A DNA stretch of 58,924 nucleotides, counting the filler, from Sphacelaria rigidula (lineage: Eukaryota), in the NCBI GenBank assembly GCA_964200075.2. It is 3 parts of 3 records of this genome, joined end to end, with 100 filler letters (N's around TTAATTAATTAA, not from the genome) between each part and the next. Parts side by side here need not be neighbours in the genome. Positions count along the whole stretch, not along the records: positions 1 to 19,580 come from CAXNAA020000643.1; 2 more parts are not named here. One strand, 5' to 3'. This document shows, piece by piece, positions 1 through 11,305 of this stretch (the first letter of the stretch is position 1; every line of letters begins with the position of its first letter). A model generated the notes under the pieces. The model was not told where the DNA came from, made no database searches, and saw only the letters and a list, made by a program, of their open reading frames with translations. Position numbers and translations under genes: made by a program.

Positions 1-57
1 AAACCAGATTTTTATAATTAGTGCACAAACCGACACTCCAATCCGGGTTTGTTTCTC

Positions 58-97
<40 letters not shown>

Positions 98-129
98 ACC
101 CACAAACGCGATTGCCGTAAAATAACGAC

Positions 130-3100
130 CTGAGAGGGTTCATGTTCGTCTCGTCCACATCTTCCCGCACTCGCTTCTCCACGATGTCGAACCGTTTTTT
201 CCCCTTGGCCAATCCACCTATGCAGTCGTATTCAGCCACGCGGGTCATACCCAGGAACAGGATGTTCAGCTTGCGCTTTCTCCGGGCCTCAGCAATCTCT
301 TCCTGCCGTGCGCGTGAGAAGAGGCGAGAGAAGGCGAACATGGTTATTTTCAAAACTAGACGAGAAGAGGCGAATAAGGGAGAAAGATTCACAGGTATTT
401 TACAAGTCATCCGAATGACATGGCGAAGAGTATCCCTACTAACAGCCCGTCACGGCTTCAAGGCAGAGACGTGTTTCGATACCGTGGGTTACAGTCGTCA
501 AATAGCGTCTCGGTGCACGCATCCGAGGCTTCTTGAAAGCATCACAGGCTGGTTAAGGCTCATCACCCACAGAACGCTCATCGGCAAAACCTCACGCCGT
601 TTTAAGGAGTTGGACCCTGAAATTTTGCACAGATGATCTATGGGGCATTGCGCAACGTTCGAAGGTTGATTTTTTTTCTTTACTTCTTGACTTATTCACC
701 GTTTTTCGGGGGTCCCAATTCTTCCGGGAGACATTGATCCAATCGGACGCCCGTAAAACGGTGAAAGAAAAAAAACTAAAAAAAAAAACGTTCATACAAG
801 GTTGCGTAATGACCCATGGCACAGTTGTGCGAAATTTCAGGGTCTACCTCCTTGAAACGGCGTGAAGTTTTTCGCTTTTGTGCGACGAACTTCGACGTGC
901 GGCGGTGAAACCGCAAACTACTTGATCTTAGTACAAAATGGCATGAAGAAAAAATCGTAGTGCCGGTTTTCCGGCGTCCAAGAATGGAGACTACTTCAAA
1001 AATTGACTGGATCCCGTCGGATCCCCGAAAAACGTTGAAAAACTCGAGAAGTTTTCAAAAATATCGTTTATAGAAAGTTGCGTGATGATACATGGCATTT
1101 GTGTGCAAAAAAGTTTCAGGATATATCTTCGAATCACGGCGTTAAGGTTTGCGCGGTTGTGGAGGTGGGCTTGAAACGTGCAACTCCCATCTACTTTGTT
1201 TCACTATGGAAACGTCTGTTGGGTGAATTTTACGTCAAGGCAAGAAAAACTGGATGAGGTTTTCGAGTTTCTGCACCGAACTTTGTACAGGTGTCCCTTA
1301 GACTATCCCGGGACGCATCATGGCATCATTTTTATTTGAAGGCATATTGTACCGCCTTCGGGGATCTTCATACCGGGACCCCCGGAAGCCGGTAGAGGAA
1401 GGAGAAACCACGAAATATTATCGAGAATAATTATTTTCCATTTGTAACATAAATACCTACGAAACTACCAAGTTTGAGGGCGATCGGAGCTTTTCTGCAA
1501 TAGATATAGGGGACACCGTCACGAGGCTCCCTGGGTCCTTCGTGCGTAACATTAGTGGAAATTAGACGACGCCAACACCCGACATCACCGAAACATCACG
1601 GTTTAGGGTATAATTCGACCCCAGTAGTAACCGTGTTCAAATATGTTTTCTTCATTGGATTTTCCCAGCCGATGACAGGTACTACGATTTGAAGCATGAA
1701 GAGATTGGATGAAAATTGGGCTTGGAATTCGTAATTTCGATCTCGGAACAATTTGACGGGCGCTGCTTGGTCAATAAAAAAATTTCGCCCTCAGCGCTAC
1801 CACTATGGCCTTGCACAAAAATCCGACTGTGTCACGCTCTTCAGCTGTCCATGGCGGTCAGTATGATATCATGTTTGCGACTATTGGGTGTGTGTGTTTG
1901 TGTGTTGTCATCCCATCTATTCTGGACGCCGGTCTACACCTTTCGATATATGTGGGCGCGCACCAGCTGGGGTCACACAGGAGGAAGGTCAACAGAGGAG
2001 CTTCTTCTGTTTCATTTGTTTTCGGTACACCACCTTCCTTCTGCGCTGCTTGCCTTTATTTTGTATTGGGAGAGGGGTCCAGCAGTCCCTTCCCCTCGTC
2101 GATCGGTAAGTCGAATTTTATATACCCACGACATAGTCGCTCTCCACTGTTAGGCATGGTGTGAGAAAAAATCCCAGATCGCTCCAAGATTTGAGCCCAC
2201 GACCCGACCGTCAGAAGTCTTCGAGGATACCAACTGAGCCACCGGGGCGACCAGCCATTGGGAAAGTATTGCGGAAGCCATTTCCTGATGACACAACTTT
2301 GGATGACAAGCGTGAACCAGCCCGTATGACCAACTCATTCCGAAGAGGATCATCACCTGGCGGCGCGGGAGGTCAATAATCGGGCACCCGCAGTCATACC
2401 CTTGCTGATAACTGTCGGAGGGGGGGGGAGCAAAGAGGGTCGGGAGACGAATGAATCTTACCAAGAAAAATTGTCCGGCAACGCTTTACGAAATAATTTC
2501 CGTAGCATTATAACAACATTAACAACAACAACAACAACAACAACAGCAACAATGATGAGCTTCATAGTTATGATGGTGAAAATAATCATACTTCTTAGTA
2601 GTAGACAACACCGAAGGAACACAAGAATATTCCCGCCAAAAGTCACCTTTTTCCTCAGCTCTTCCAGGATGGCCTGTCGCTTCCTCTCCGCAATCCTCTC
2701 GATCGCGCGCTGCCTCGCCGCGGCCCGGCCCTCCTCTGTCAGCAACGGATCCGGAGGCAGCCAGCCGAATTCGTTGGGGTTCGACTTCCCGGGAGGATTG
2801 TCCCTGGCAAACCCGAGAAACACGCGCTCGCTAGCGTCCTGCCCTCTTCTTCTTCTCCTACCACCACCGCTACTTTCCGCAGCTTCTCCACCCTCACTCG
2901 CTTCCGTCCCGCTACCGACGCCACCACCTTCACCCTTCACGTCACTTTCCACAGCGGTGTCATCCAACAGTACAGTCGGAGGAGGCGGTGTTGGTGGCCG
3001 CGGCGGCGGCGGGGGAGGCGGCGGGAGCGCCGGGAACAACCACCCGTTGAATCCGCGAGCCCGCCGAGATGCCTCTGCGGCGGCCGCATACACGAGAGCC

Positions 3101-6100
3101 CTGTTCGCCGGGCGAGCCGGCCACTTGCGGGGCACCGGCGGTGGCGGCGGCGGTATTTTCGGTGCTTTTCCCATCGCTTTTCGAGATCTGGATTTGTTGC
3201 GTCGAGCCGCGGCGGCGGCGGCGGCCTCCGCCGCAGCGTCAGCCTTTCTTTTCGCCTCCGCAGCCAACCGCGCAGCCTTCCTCCTTGCGGCGGCGTGGTC
3301 GAAGTTTTCCCAGCCGGTGACGTACTTCTTGGGCGCAGCATCGGAGCAAGTCTTGGAGACCAAGTTCACGGTGTTGGCGCTTGAGTTCGAAGCGACTTTT
3401 TCCTTTGCCTCCACGCGCTGGTCGCCGGCGTCGGCACCGGTGTCGTCGTGCTCGTCTTTTTTTTTTCGACTTCGCTTTGCTTCGGATGAAATCGCACTCA
3501 CGGAAAGATCTACGATATCATTATCGAAACCTTCCTCGTTACTATCAGAAGTTTTATCGACCGGTTTGCCTCCTCTTCCTCCAGCTCCAGCTCCAGCTCC
3601 AGCTCCAGCTCTGCCTCCTCCTTGGCGGAGGTTTACGGTTTCGTTCGCAGCGGTCACCACGCTCTCCGACTCCGCCGTGACACCGGCTACGGCGATCATC
3701 CGCATGTGCCGGCCGCCATTAGACACGATTACTGGATGCTCCTGCCGGTGGCGCGACGACAAAGACGACGCCCGACGAAGCTGGACCAACGCCGGTGTAG
3801 TCGAAGCTTGCCCGCCTCGCGAACCACTGCTGTCACCGCCGCCGACGCAAACGCTCTCGACGACGGCATAATCTTCTGAACCACTTTCTGCAGCTGTCGC
3901 TGCAAAAAGCGACGAAGACACAGCGTCATCCACGTCGTCGCTATCCTCTCCGCTCGTGGCCGAGCTTCCCGACGAAGAATGCGTAACGTCATCAGAACCC
4001 GCCAAAGAACCACCATCGGCGCGGTCCGTTCTAACATCACCACCCCGAGCGCTCCCGGCGTCGCCTCCTTCGACTGACCATCTCCGTGATCCCGAGAGCG
4101 GGGATAGAGTCATCCTTGCCACGCCGGCAGCAGCACTCCATGCCTGATGGCTTCCGCCAGCGCCGCCACTACCACCACTACCGAACCCGCAAGCCTTTCG
4201 ATCTCGACGTTGTTCTGGGATGGCGGCGACAAGGTCCAAACGGCCAAGGTAAGCAGCGGCTGTTTTGGAAGGGGAAGTTTGCCCGGAGGACACGGCCACG
4301 GTGGCCTTGCGCCGGCGCAGCTGCAGCGTGGCAGACGGTCGCGGCAAGAGCTGCCGTTGATCGCCGATCCACGCAAGCCTTTCCCCACCCCCACCACGGC
4401 CGGCACCGCCGCTACCTTTCTCGTTGCCGTTGCTGGCTCCTGCCGCTTTAGTCCCTTCTGGACAGGGCCGGGTGGTCGTTGACCTCAAAGGGGAAGAGGA
4501 TGAAATAGAACGACTAGTCGAACCATTTGTCAGGCTCCCGCCGTCGCCATCACCAGGCCCGCCACCATCAACCTTGCCATTTATTGACACATCAAAATCA
4601 TCAGTAGAAGACGATGAAGCCCCGGTCGACGTTGAAGTACCCTGATTACCGCTCCCGCTCCCCGCACCTCTACCGCTAGCACTCTTAATTCGGGACTGGG
4701 GAAGCGACGAAGACGATCCTGCTGCCCGGTCCTGCCCCCAGGCGCCCGCGCCGACGCTATTTGCACCGGCCCACAACGAGGGCCTTGGGACCAGCACTCC
4801 GTTGCTGATGACAGGAGCCTCCCCTCCACCCACCAGGCCGGCTGCTGATTCTGCGGGACTACCACTATCAGCCCTCCCCATCCCTAGTCCTGCCGCCGCT
4901 GCCGCCGTTGCGCCGCTGGCCACCCCTGAAACCAACATCGCTGACTCCGGGGCCGTTGAGCGCGCCGTGGCGGCTTGGACCCTGTCATCAAGCTGCGACG
5001 GGCAGCCGGGAAATGTGTCGCCGTTCAGACTGCGGGTGGACGTGCCAGCGGTACCAGCGGACGCAGCGGCGGGATCGCTGCTGCTACCGCTGCTGCCACC
5101 CGATGGTTGCACATTCTTTTGGCTAGGTTGCATAGATGCATTAGTCGCGGTAGTGGTGGTGGTCACTGTGGAGGTCGATTGAGGCCGGCTTTGAAGGGAC
5201 GGGTGAGGCCAATTTGAAACGGCCGGCTGCAGGAAGGAGGCTGAAGGAAGGAGCCTGTGGGTTTGGAACCGCCGGGCGGCATCTTCGGCCCTGAGTTGGG
5301 TCTCACGGTGCGGTGAACGTGCGGTGCAGCCGCCTTCAACGTGACCCTGGGCGGTGATGGTGATCGAACATCCAGGGGAAATCGAAACAATAGAAACCAA
5401 AGACCGGACGTACAGCGTGGAGAGTGGAAAGCGAGAACGCGGATGGACGAGGAATGTCACAAAAAAAAACGGACATACGATTAGAGAAAGGCAAGGTGCT
5501 CATAAAAAGGTAAACGAAGCTTGAATTGCACGAGTCGTACGGGAGGTGAATGGGAAACATGCCTCACAAACGAGGCACACGCAGATGGATGAGAGTAACA
5601 CGATGGTGCGAATGCAGTGGACGTACGGGTGACTGGCGATGGAACAGGGCAAGGCAATCTGTGGAGCTTAAACGCACCTCCATGTCAGTGGCGTCGAGCA
5701 GCCGGTACTCGTGCGTTTTCCAACACCACCTGCGCTTCAGCCTATCTTTTCTCCTCGACCTCCGCATATATCCATCGCAGACATTGTTGCCTTCTTCCTG
5801 TGACGTCAGAAATACGCACGTTCATCACAGCGTACTTCATCTGAGCTGCTGCAACGCCGACACACATTGACCGCTGCTGCATGCGAATCTTCCACGGATG
5901 CTCACAGCTACTACGCTACTTATACTGCAGCTGCGTGTTGAGATTGACTGCTCATGGGCACTACACCTTCCAATGCGCCAAGTTGACCACAACGGTACTC
6001 CTACTTTATTGACATCGAAAGTGCACAACATCATTACCTCATCCGGAGGAAACACAGACGGCAGCCTTTGCGCTGACTGTACCAAACGAGCCCCGCCGCC

Positions 6101-7729
6101 GCTCCCGCCGCCGCCATCTCCCGTGACATCCGCCGTTGACCCCGAAGCAGACCCTATAGTACCACCGGTCACCCCAGCAGTAGAATCCGCAAGCGTGCAA
6201 GAACAAGCAGAGGAAGTGGAGGAAATATTTGCCCCTTCACCTTCGATGTAACCCACAGCGGAGGAACCACCGATGTCGCCGCCGCAGAAACGACAAACCG
6301 TTATCCTACCATCCTTACTAGCGCCCGTAACAGTACCGTTGCTGCCCTCGTAACTGCCGTTGCTACGTTCCAGCCCCTCCCCCTTTTCCCTCGCACCATT
6401 ACTACCACCATCTTGTGCAGCACCGACCCCAGCAGCACCAATTCCAACAGTAAGTGCCGACGGGATCCCGTAACCGATACTTCCACCAGCGAGGCCGCCA
6501 CAGCTACCTCGGTGGACCCTAACTCCATCCTTTTGAACGTCATTGTAGTTTGAGGGCGCTTGGCTGGAGGCACCGCCACGGTCGTCGCCGATGCCGGGCA
6601 GCGACTGCGGCGGCGGTGGCGGCGACGGGTGGGGGACACCATTTTTTTCCGAGAAATGAGACCTATCATATCCACCTTGGTCGTCTCCGCGCATGAAATC
6701 ATCCGACCGATGCGAATGCTCGCTCAACTGCAGGTGGGGATCGGGTGAGGACAGCTGCTGCTGGTGCGGCTCCTGCTGACTTCCCAATGGCGTCGCCCCT
6801 CTTGGTTCCTTCGCCTCTTGGGCTCGTGTCGGCCCGGCCGTAGAAGAAGGGAGAGTATCACCTTGTACAGCCGAGGTGTTGACGCTTCCGCCGTCGCCAC
6901 CATCAACGGCACTGACGCGTCGTCTCTTGCTGGCGACTCCATCGCCCGCACCAGTGCTGCCCTCTTGCCGATCACTGCCGACGGTTTCCGTACCACGATT
7001 GGTACGGCGTTCATGCCCGTCGCCAGCCATCTCCACCATAGCACGACCACGCGTTTCCCCTCGCCCGACAAACGACATGGTGCCATCTGAGTAACCGTGG
7101 ACACCGACGGCACGGTTAGGTGTATGCCTGGTGGGATAACCCCCGCCACTCCCCCCGCCGCCGCCGCTACCGCGGTTACCGGTGCAACCGGCAGCCGATT
7201 TGGGCGAACCCCACTGCGCTCCATTTTTTAACCCTCTCTCCATCGACACTGCCGACCGCGTTGCGGCTGCAGATGACCCCCCAGCTTCGCATCCTGCCGC
7301 TCCGTTGTTGACAACAGCAGCCCTTCGCCGTACTCTCCTGACCGGCTCGAGTCCGCCCACTGTCCGACCAGCGCTGGCAGCGACGGCGGCGGCGGCGGCG
7401 CCCCTACTCATCGTACCCTCCGAGGAGCTGCGTGCCCCGCGAGAAGAGTGTCGCGATCCCCTAACCCCTATCCCACCGCCACTGCCAGCGCCAGCCCCTC
7501 GCCTGTTCACCGCTGACCGACTTGCGCCACCTACGCCAGTGCTGCCGTTGTTCTTGTCCAATGATTCGCCCATCGGCGAACCGTTGGCGTTGCCGGCTGT
7601 TGCCGCCGCTCCGCCTGAGCCTGTATCCGTACCGTTAATATTACTCCCGACCATGTCTCCTTGTAGACCCAGCAGGTCAGCCATTTTACCTCCCATCCAT
7701 GGAAAAGCGGCGCCAATAAACGAACTCAT
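130..7729 (-). CDS. Large low-complexity (Gly/Ser/Ala/Pro-rich) protein of unknown function; 5' four exons, 3' end runs off the contig
   Basis: Exons 7729-6005, 5797-5678, 5346-2647 and 302-130 have GT-AG boundaries. The three internal junctions are all phase 0: TFDVNK|EEGNNV, ATDME|GHVEGG, LEELRKK|EEIAEA. Total about 1570 aa. The last visible exon ends in a donor (CAG|GT at 129), so the gene continues beyond base 1. No domain recognised. Confidence 0.8.
583..877. mobile_element. Foldback (inverted-repeat) non-autonomous element in an intron
   Basis: Arm ~583-720 (ggcaaaacctcacgccgttttaaggagttggaccctgaaattttgcac...) is an imperfect reverse complement of arm ~740-877 (...gtgcgaaatttcagggtctacctccttgaaacggcgtgaagtttttcgc). 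A related motif recurs near 1100-1160. Confidence 0.7.
1560..1800 (-). repeat. Copy of dispersed repeat family A (reverse orientation)
   Basis: The reverse complement aligns by eye with 17040-17290, 29565-29810 and 53935-54185. Shared motifs include aaattgttc..., ccaatctc.tcatg..tcaaatcgtagt and tttcggtgatgt.gggttttggcgtcgtc. Confidence 0.7.
1885..2252 (-). mobile_element. tRNA-derived SINE (full-length-like copy)
   Basis: Minus-strand head GGTCGCCCCGGTGGCTCAGTTGG contains a Pol III A box, followed by a degenerate B box (GGGCTCAAATCT). A ~300-bp body ends in a CA-rich tail. The head matches the copy at 39183-39259. Confidence 0.8.
2511..2552 (+). repeat. (AAC)n microsatellite in an intron
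   Basis: Visible aacaacaacaac... tract. Confidence 0.8.
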
Positions 7730-9059
7730 GCACTAGCTCTAAAACTTTGCAGCCGTGCACGTGAGACACGGAAGACAAGGATGATCGCACGCCAATGCTC
7801 AGCGTGAGCGCGGTTGCGCACACAGGCCGTCTCAGTTTTGAGCTCGATTTGAAACAAGAGAAACGCGCTCCAAAACAACAAATGTCGTTGTTTCCCTCAA
7901 CTGTTGTCAACGGTCCGCTCCTCCGGTATGCTGGCTGCAGCCAGGCGGGCGCCGAGGCCCGCTCGGTTTCCCGCCGCGAGCAACCAGCCTGTTCCAGCCA
8001 CGCTTGCCCCCCTCCCCGCGAGCGCGCGCCGTCGGCGGCAACGCGCTGCGCCGCACGGCGTTTTTTTGCGAAAAATCGTTGATGAGTTGCAATGATGTCG
8101 AAGGGAGGTGTGGTGGCTGTTGACCAGCAAACTTAGCTTCGATAGCGTAGTCAGGCCGTTCTGAGCAAAAAAAAAAATGGACTGGATCGGACCGTCACGT
8201 GGTGCAACAGGCCACGCGGTAATGAACATACACAAGGCAAAGGAAAGCGTAGAGAAACGGGGGGGAGGGTACGTGGTGTTGAGGAAGAGGAAGAACTGAA
8301 ACAGGGGGTGGGGGGTATGAATGAGTGAGGGTATGAAATAATGAAACGGGAGCGGGGAATTGGATCCTGGCCGTTAAAAAATGAGGCCACCTGTGCATCA
8401 TCGGGCCTTCTTCCGTGCAAATAATATCTCGGGGGCATTCTGTGCGCATAATCGACGGAAAGGATCACGGAAGAGTTTTGCTTCCGCTACAACGCAGAGG
8501 ATTGTATGAGAGCTGATCCTGAGGTTTTTGTGCAACTCCTTGCTACGTTCATCAAACATAATGGACAACTGAAATGCAGGTGATTTCCTCGACACCCTCA
8601 TACATGTCGGTAAGTCTATACAATCCGCCAATGTCGGGTCAACAACGGCTCGATTTGAAGACGTTGGATGCCTGAGGCGGATGTCATTGCACAGCGAAAA
8701 CAAAACAAACGATGTTGAAGTGAGTGGAATGCAATGATCTGTGACGTGAAAAGGCAAAACGTGCGCTCAAACGATACGGCAAGACATATTGCAGACAACT
8801 TCAAGAGCCGCCGCCACAAGCGACTCGAAGTCAAACTCCTTGTCAGGATACCCACGGTTGTTGGAAAACACCACGGAAAACACACACCATCCATGTAGAA
8901 CAGCCGAAAGGGAAGTTCTGAACAAATTATTCAATTAACGGGGGGAAAAGAATATCGGAGCGACCAGCGTGAAACAAAAACACACCCAGGGTGATGTTTT
9001 TTTTTCATCTCATCCCTGATTTAGATTGGGGGAGGAGGGAGGGGGGGAACTGGTGGTAT

Positions 9060-9350
9060 TGTATGCAGTAGTGATAAGACCATTGACCTCGCTCCCTACA
9101 AAGCCGAGACGGAGGACGCCGGGTTTTTGCCGGGCCAGGATCGAAATCAATCGTCAAGGAAGTGCGAAGCGCCGTGATGTGCTCGGCGAGTTACATGAAG
9201 GGTAAGCTGCATCCTGCAAAGATTGTTCGCCCCGCAGCGTACCGTTCACCTTGGATACGGATGTCAGCCTCCAGTGAGTTGCTTCATTTTCTGGTGTCGC
9301 GGCTTCCAGAGACAGCCACGGGTTGCACAATGCTTCATGGATGTCTCACC
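9060..9350. repeat. Copy of dispersed repeat family B
   Basis: Shares gcgaagcgccgtgatgtg.tcggcgagt...aagggtaagctgcatc with 50960-51230. Partial copies at 10385-10475 and 19505-19580. Confidence 0.8.
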
Positions 9351-10176
9351 ATCAAGTGCATTGATCAAGGAGGAACCGGTGTGCGACCGTGTCGAAAACG
9401 ATTTTTTTTCCACGACCCGATCGACGAAGGTGGGGTAAGTAAACCAATCGACGAATATATTTCGGAAGCATTGTCACCAAGGCGACCCTGCGGTCTGTCA
9501 TGTGCTTCGTATAGTTCAGTTTAACTTGCCCTTGTTTTTCTGAGCAAAGGGGGGTAGCAAAGCTTTCAAAGGGCTTCACGAGAGCAAGTTGGCACTGGAG
9601 ACGGTGTCCATCGATCGACAGGCGCGACAATATCAAGACGTCGGGAGAATGGCAAGTATGAGAGAAGACGCCTGCTTAATTCCGGGTGTCTACTGTACAG
9701 CTGCCCGTATCGCGTAGATCCAGGACAGACGCGGGGGGACCTGTCGAGCCCGGCGATATCGTCAATGCCGGTAACTGCATCAAGGTCGGGAGGGGCCCTG
9801 TTAGGGAAATTCTAAATTATCCTTCTCTTCCCATTTTTCAGGGCAAGTGTTCGAATATAATGTTGCCATTGGACCAGTTATTACGGCAACACAAATATCA
9901 ATCTGTACTACGCAGATCGGGGGAATTCAGATCGGGATATCTTGACTTCTGCACGAATTTCCCTCGTTCTGCACACAGATTGGGGGAAGTCGAGGTGTCT
10001 TGACCAGTCGTTAGGAGGGGTGACATACGTATACTTGACGTATGGTGATAGAGCAAGGGACGTTTGATGTTCACCCACAGCAGCTGCAGCGGACAGTCTC
10101 ACGCGAGCGCGGTGTCACGGAGAAATATATCCCGAGGGCCATGAAACGTGTGGAGTTGGGGTACGTGAAAGTAAGC

Positions 10177-10664
10177 AAAAGCCATCGTGGACAGCCGTGG
10201 GGGTCCTTCAGAGCGTTGCGATCTGGTATACTTGGGCAGGCATCCGTCAGGCGAAGACGGCGTCAACGGACGAGAAGAGAAGACAGGAGGCTCGCAGCTG
10301 AAAGGGCTCGGTCGAACCCACCTTCCTCAAGCACAGCACCAGAAGTAAAATCACAACTCCCCCCCCTCGTGGCTGAATGCCGAAGGGTTCGGCCCGAAGC
10401 GTGCTGACTATCTCGCGTTTAGATGACAGCTTCCGATAACATGCTTCATTTTCTGGTATCGCCACTTCGAGAGACATAGAGGGAGCAAGTTCTGACCTTC
10501 CTTCAGGAGGTTGAGGAACGCCGGGACGCCCAAGTCCTTATGGCTGCGGGTCTCCTGTCTCCTCTTCTCGTCGATCGACATCTTCTTCGCCTGACGGATA
10601 CCCGCCCAAGTACAGCAGATCGCAACGCCTGGAAGGATCCTCTCGTCTGTCCACGATGGCTTTT
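10177..10664. repeat. Inverted repeat pair (~150-bp arms) enclosing a family B fragment
   Basis: 10177-10330 (aaaagccatcgtggacag...gcgttgcgatctg...tccgtcaggcgaaga) matches the reverse complement of 10510-10664. Confidence 0.75.
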
Positions 10665-10926
10665 TTGCTATAATCCCATAATCGGGGTCCCTATGGATCT
10701 GACTTTCGTGAATCTGAGTCGCCCCGATTTTGTAAAGATTGGGGTCTCTACAGGTTCAGGGTTGTCTCCATAATAACTGGTCTCGAGGCCCTTCGATCGC
10801 TTCTTTTGTTTACATGCTTGAAATTTGTTCATTTTTCGTACTCAAACATGAAATCAAAGGTCCAAGTGACCAACACCCTGGCGGCCAAGGGGGGGGTGAA
10901 CTCTCATTTAGTCGTGAAGTATTTCA

Positions 10927-11305
10927 AGGGTAGGTCAAGCGAGTATAGTAACCTCAATACTCAGAATTTTTGAAGAGTCATACTTCTAGTACTCGAAGTT
11001 TGAGGAGAGTATTTGAGATCCTACTCGGTCTACTCGAAATTTGAGTACAGTATTGAGGTTATACTCAAGTGATACTCTATACTCGAGTATTACTGGGGGT
11101 GCTTACTCAATATTTGAGTAGGGCATGTGAGGTCGTACTCGATCTGCTCAAAATTTGAGTAGAGTATTTGACGTCGTACTCGACCTACTCAAAATTTGAG
11201 TCAAGTATTTGAGGTTGTACTCGACCTACTCAAACGTCGAGTAGAGTAAATACTTGAGTATTTTACTCGAGTATTTAAAAGTACATACTCTACTCGACCT
11301 ACCCT
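10927..11305. mobile_element. MITE-like element with TIRs and internal 41-bp palindromic tandem repeats
   Basis: Left end is AGGGTAGGTCAAGCGAGTAT; the reverse complement of the right end is AGGGTAGGTCGAGTAGAGTAT. Internal units approximate TACTCAAAATTTGAGTAGAGTATTTGAGGTCGTACTCGACC and start at 10990, 11031, 11104, 11145, 11186 and 11227 (partial). Confidence 0.75.

Noticed and set aside
2402-3871. 489-aa plus-strand ORF and other ORFs overlapping gene 1
   Set aside because: Antisense shadows of a GC-rich coding exon. The minus-strand frame has the consistent splice sites.
10990-11250. CRISPR-like array
   Set aside because: Units repeat over their full 41 bp with no unique spacers. There are no cas genes, the context is eukaryotic, and the array is bounded by TIRs.
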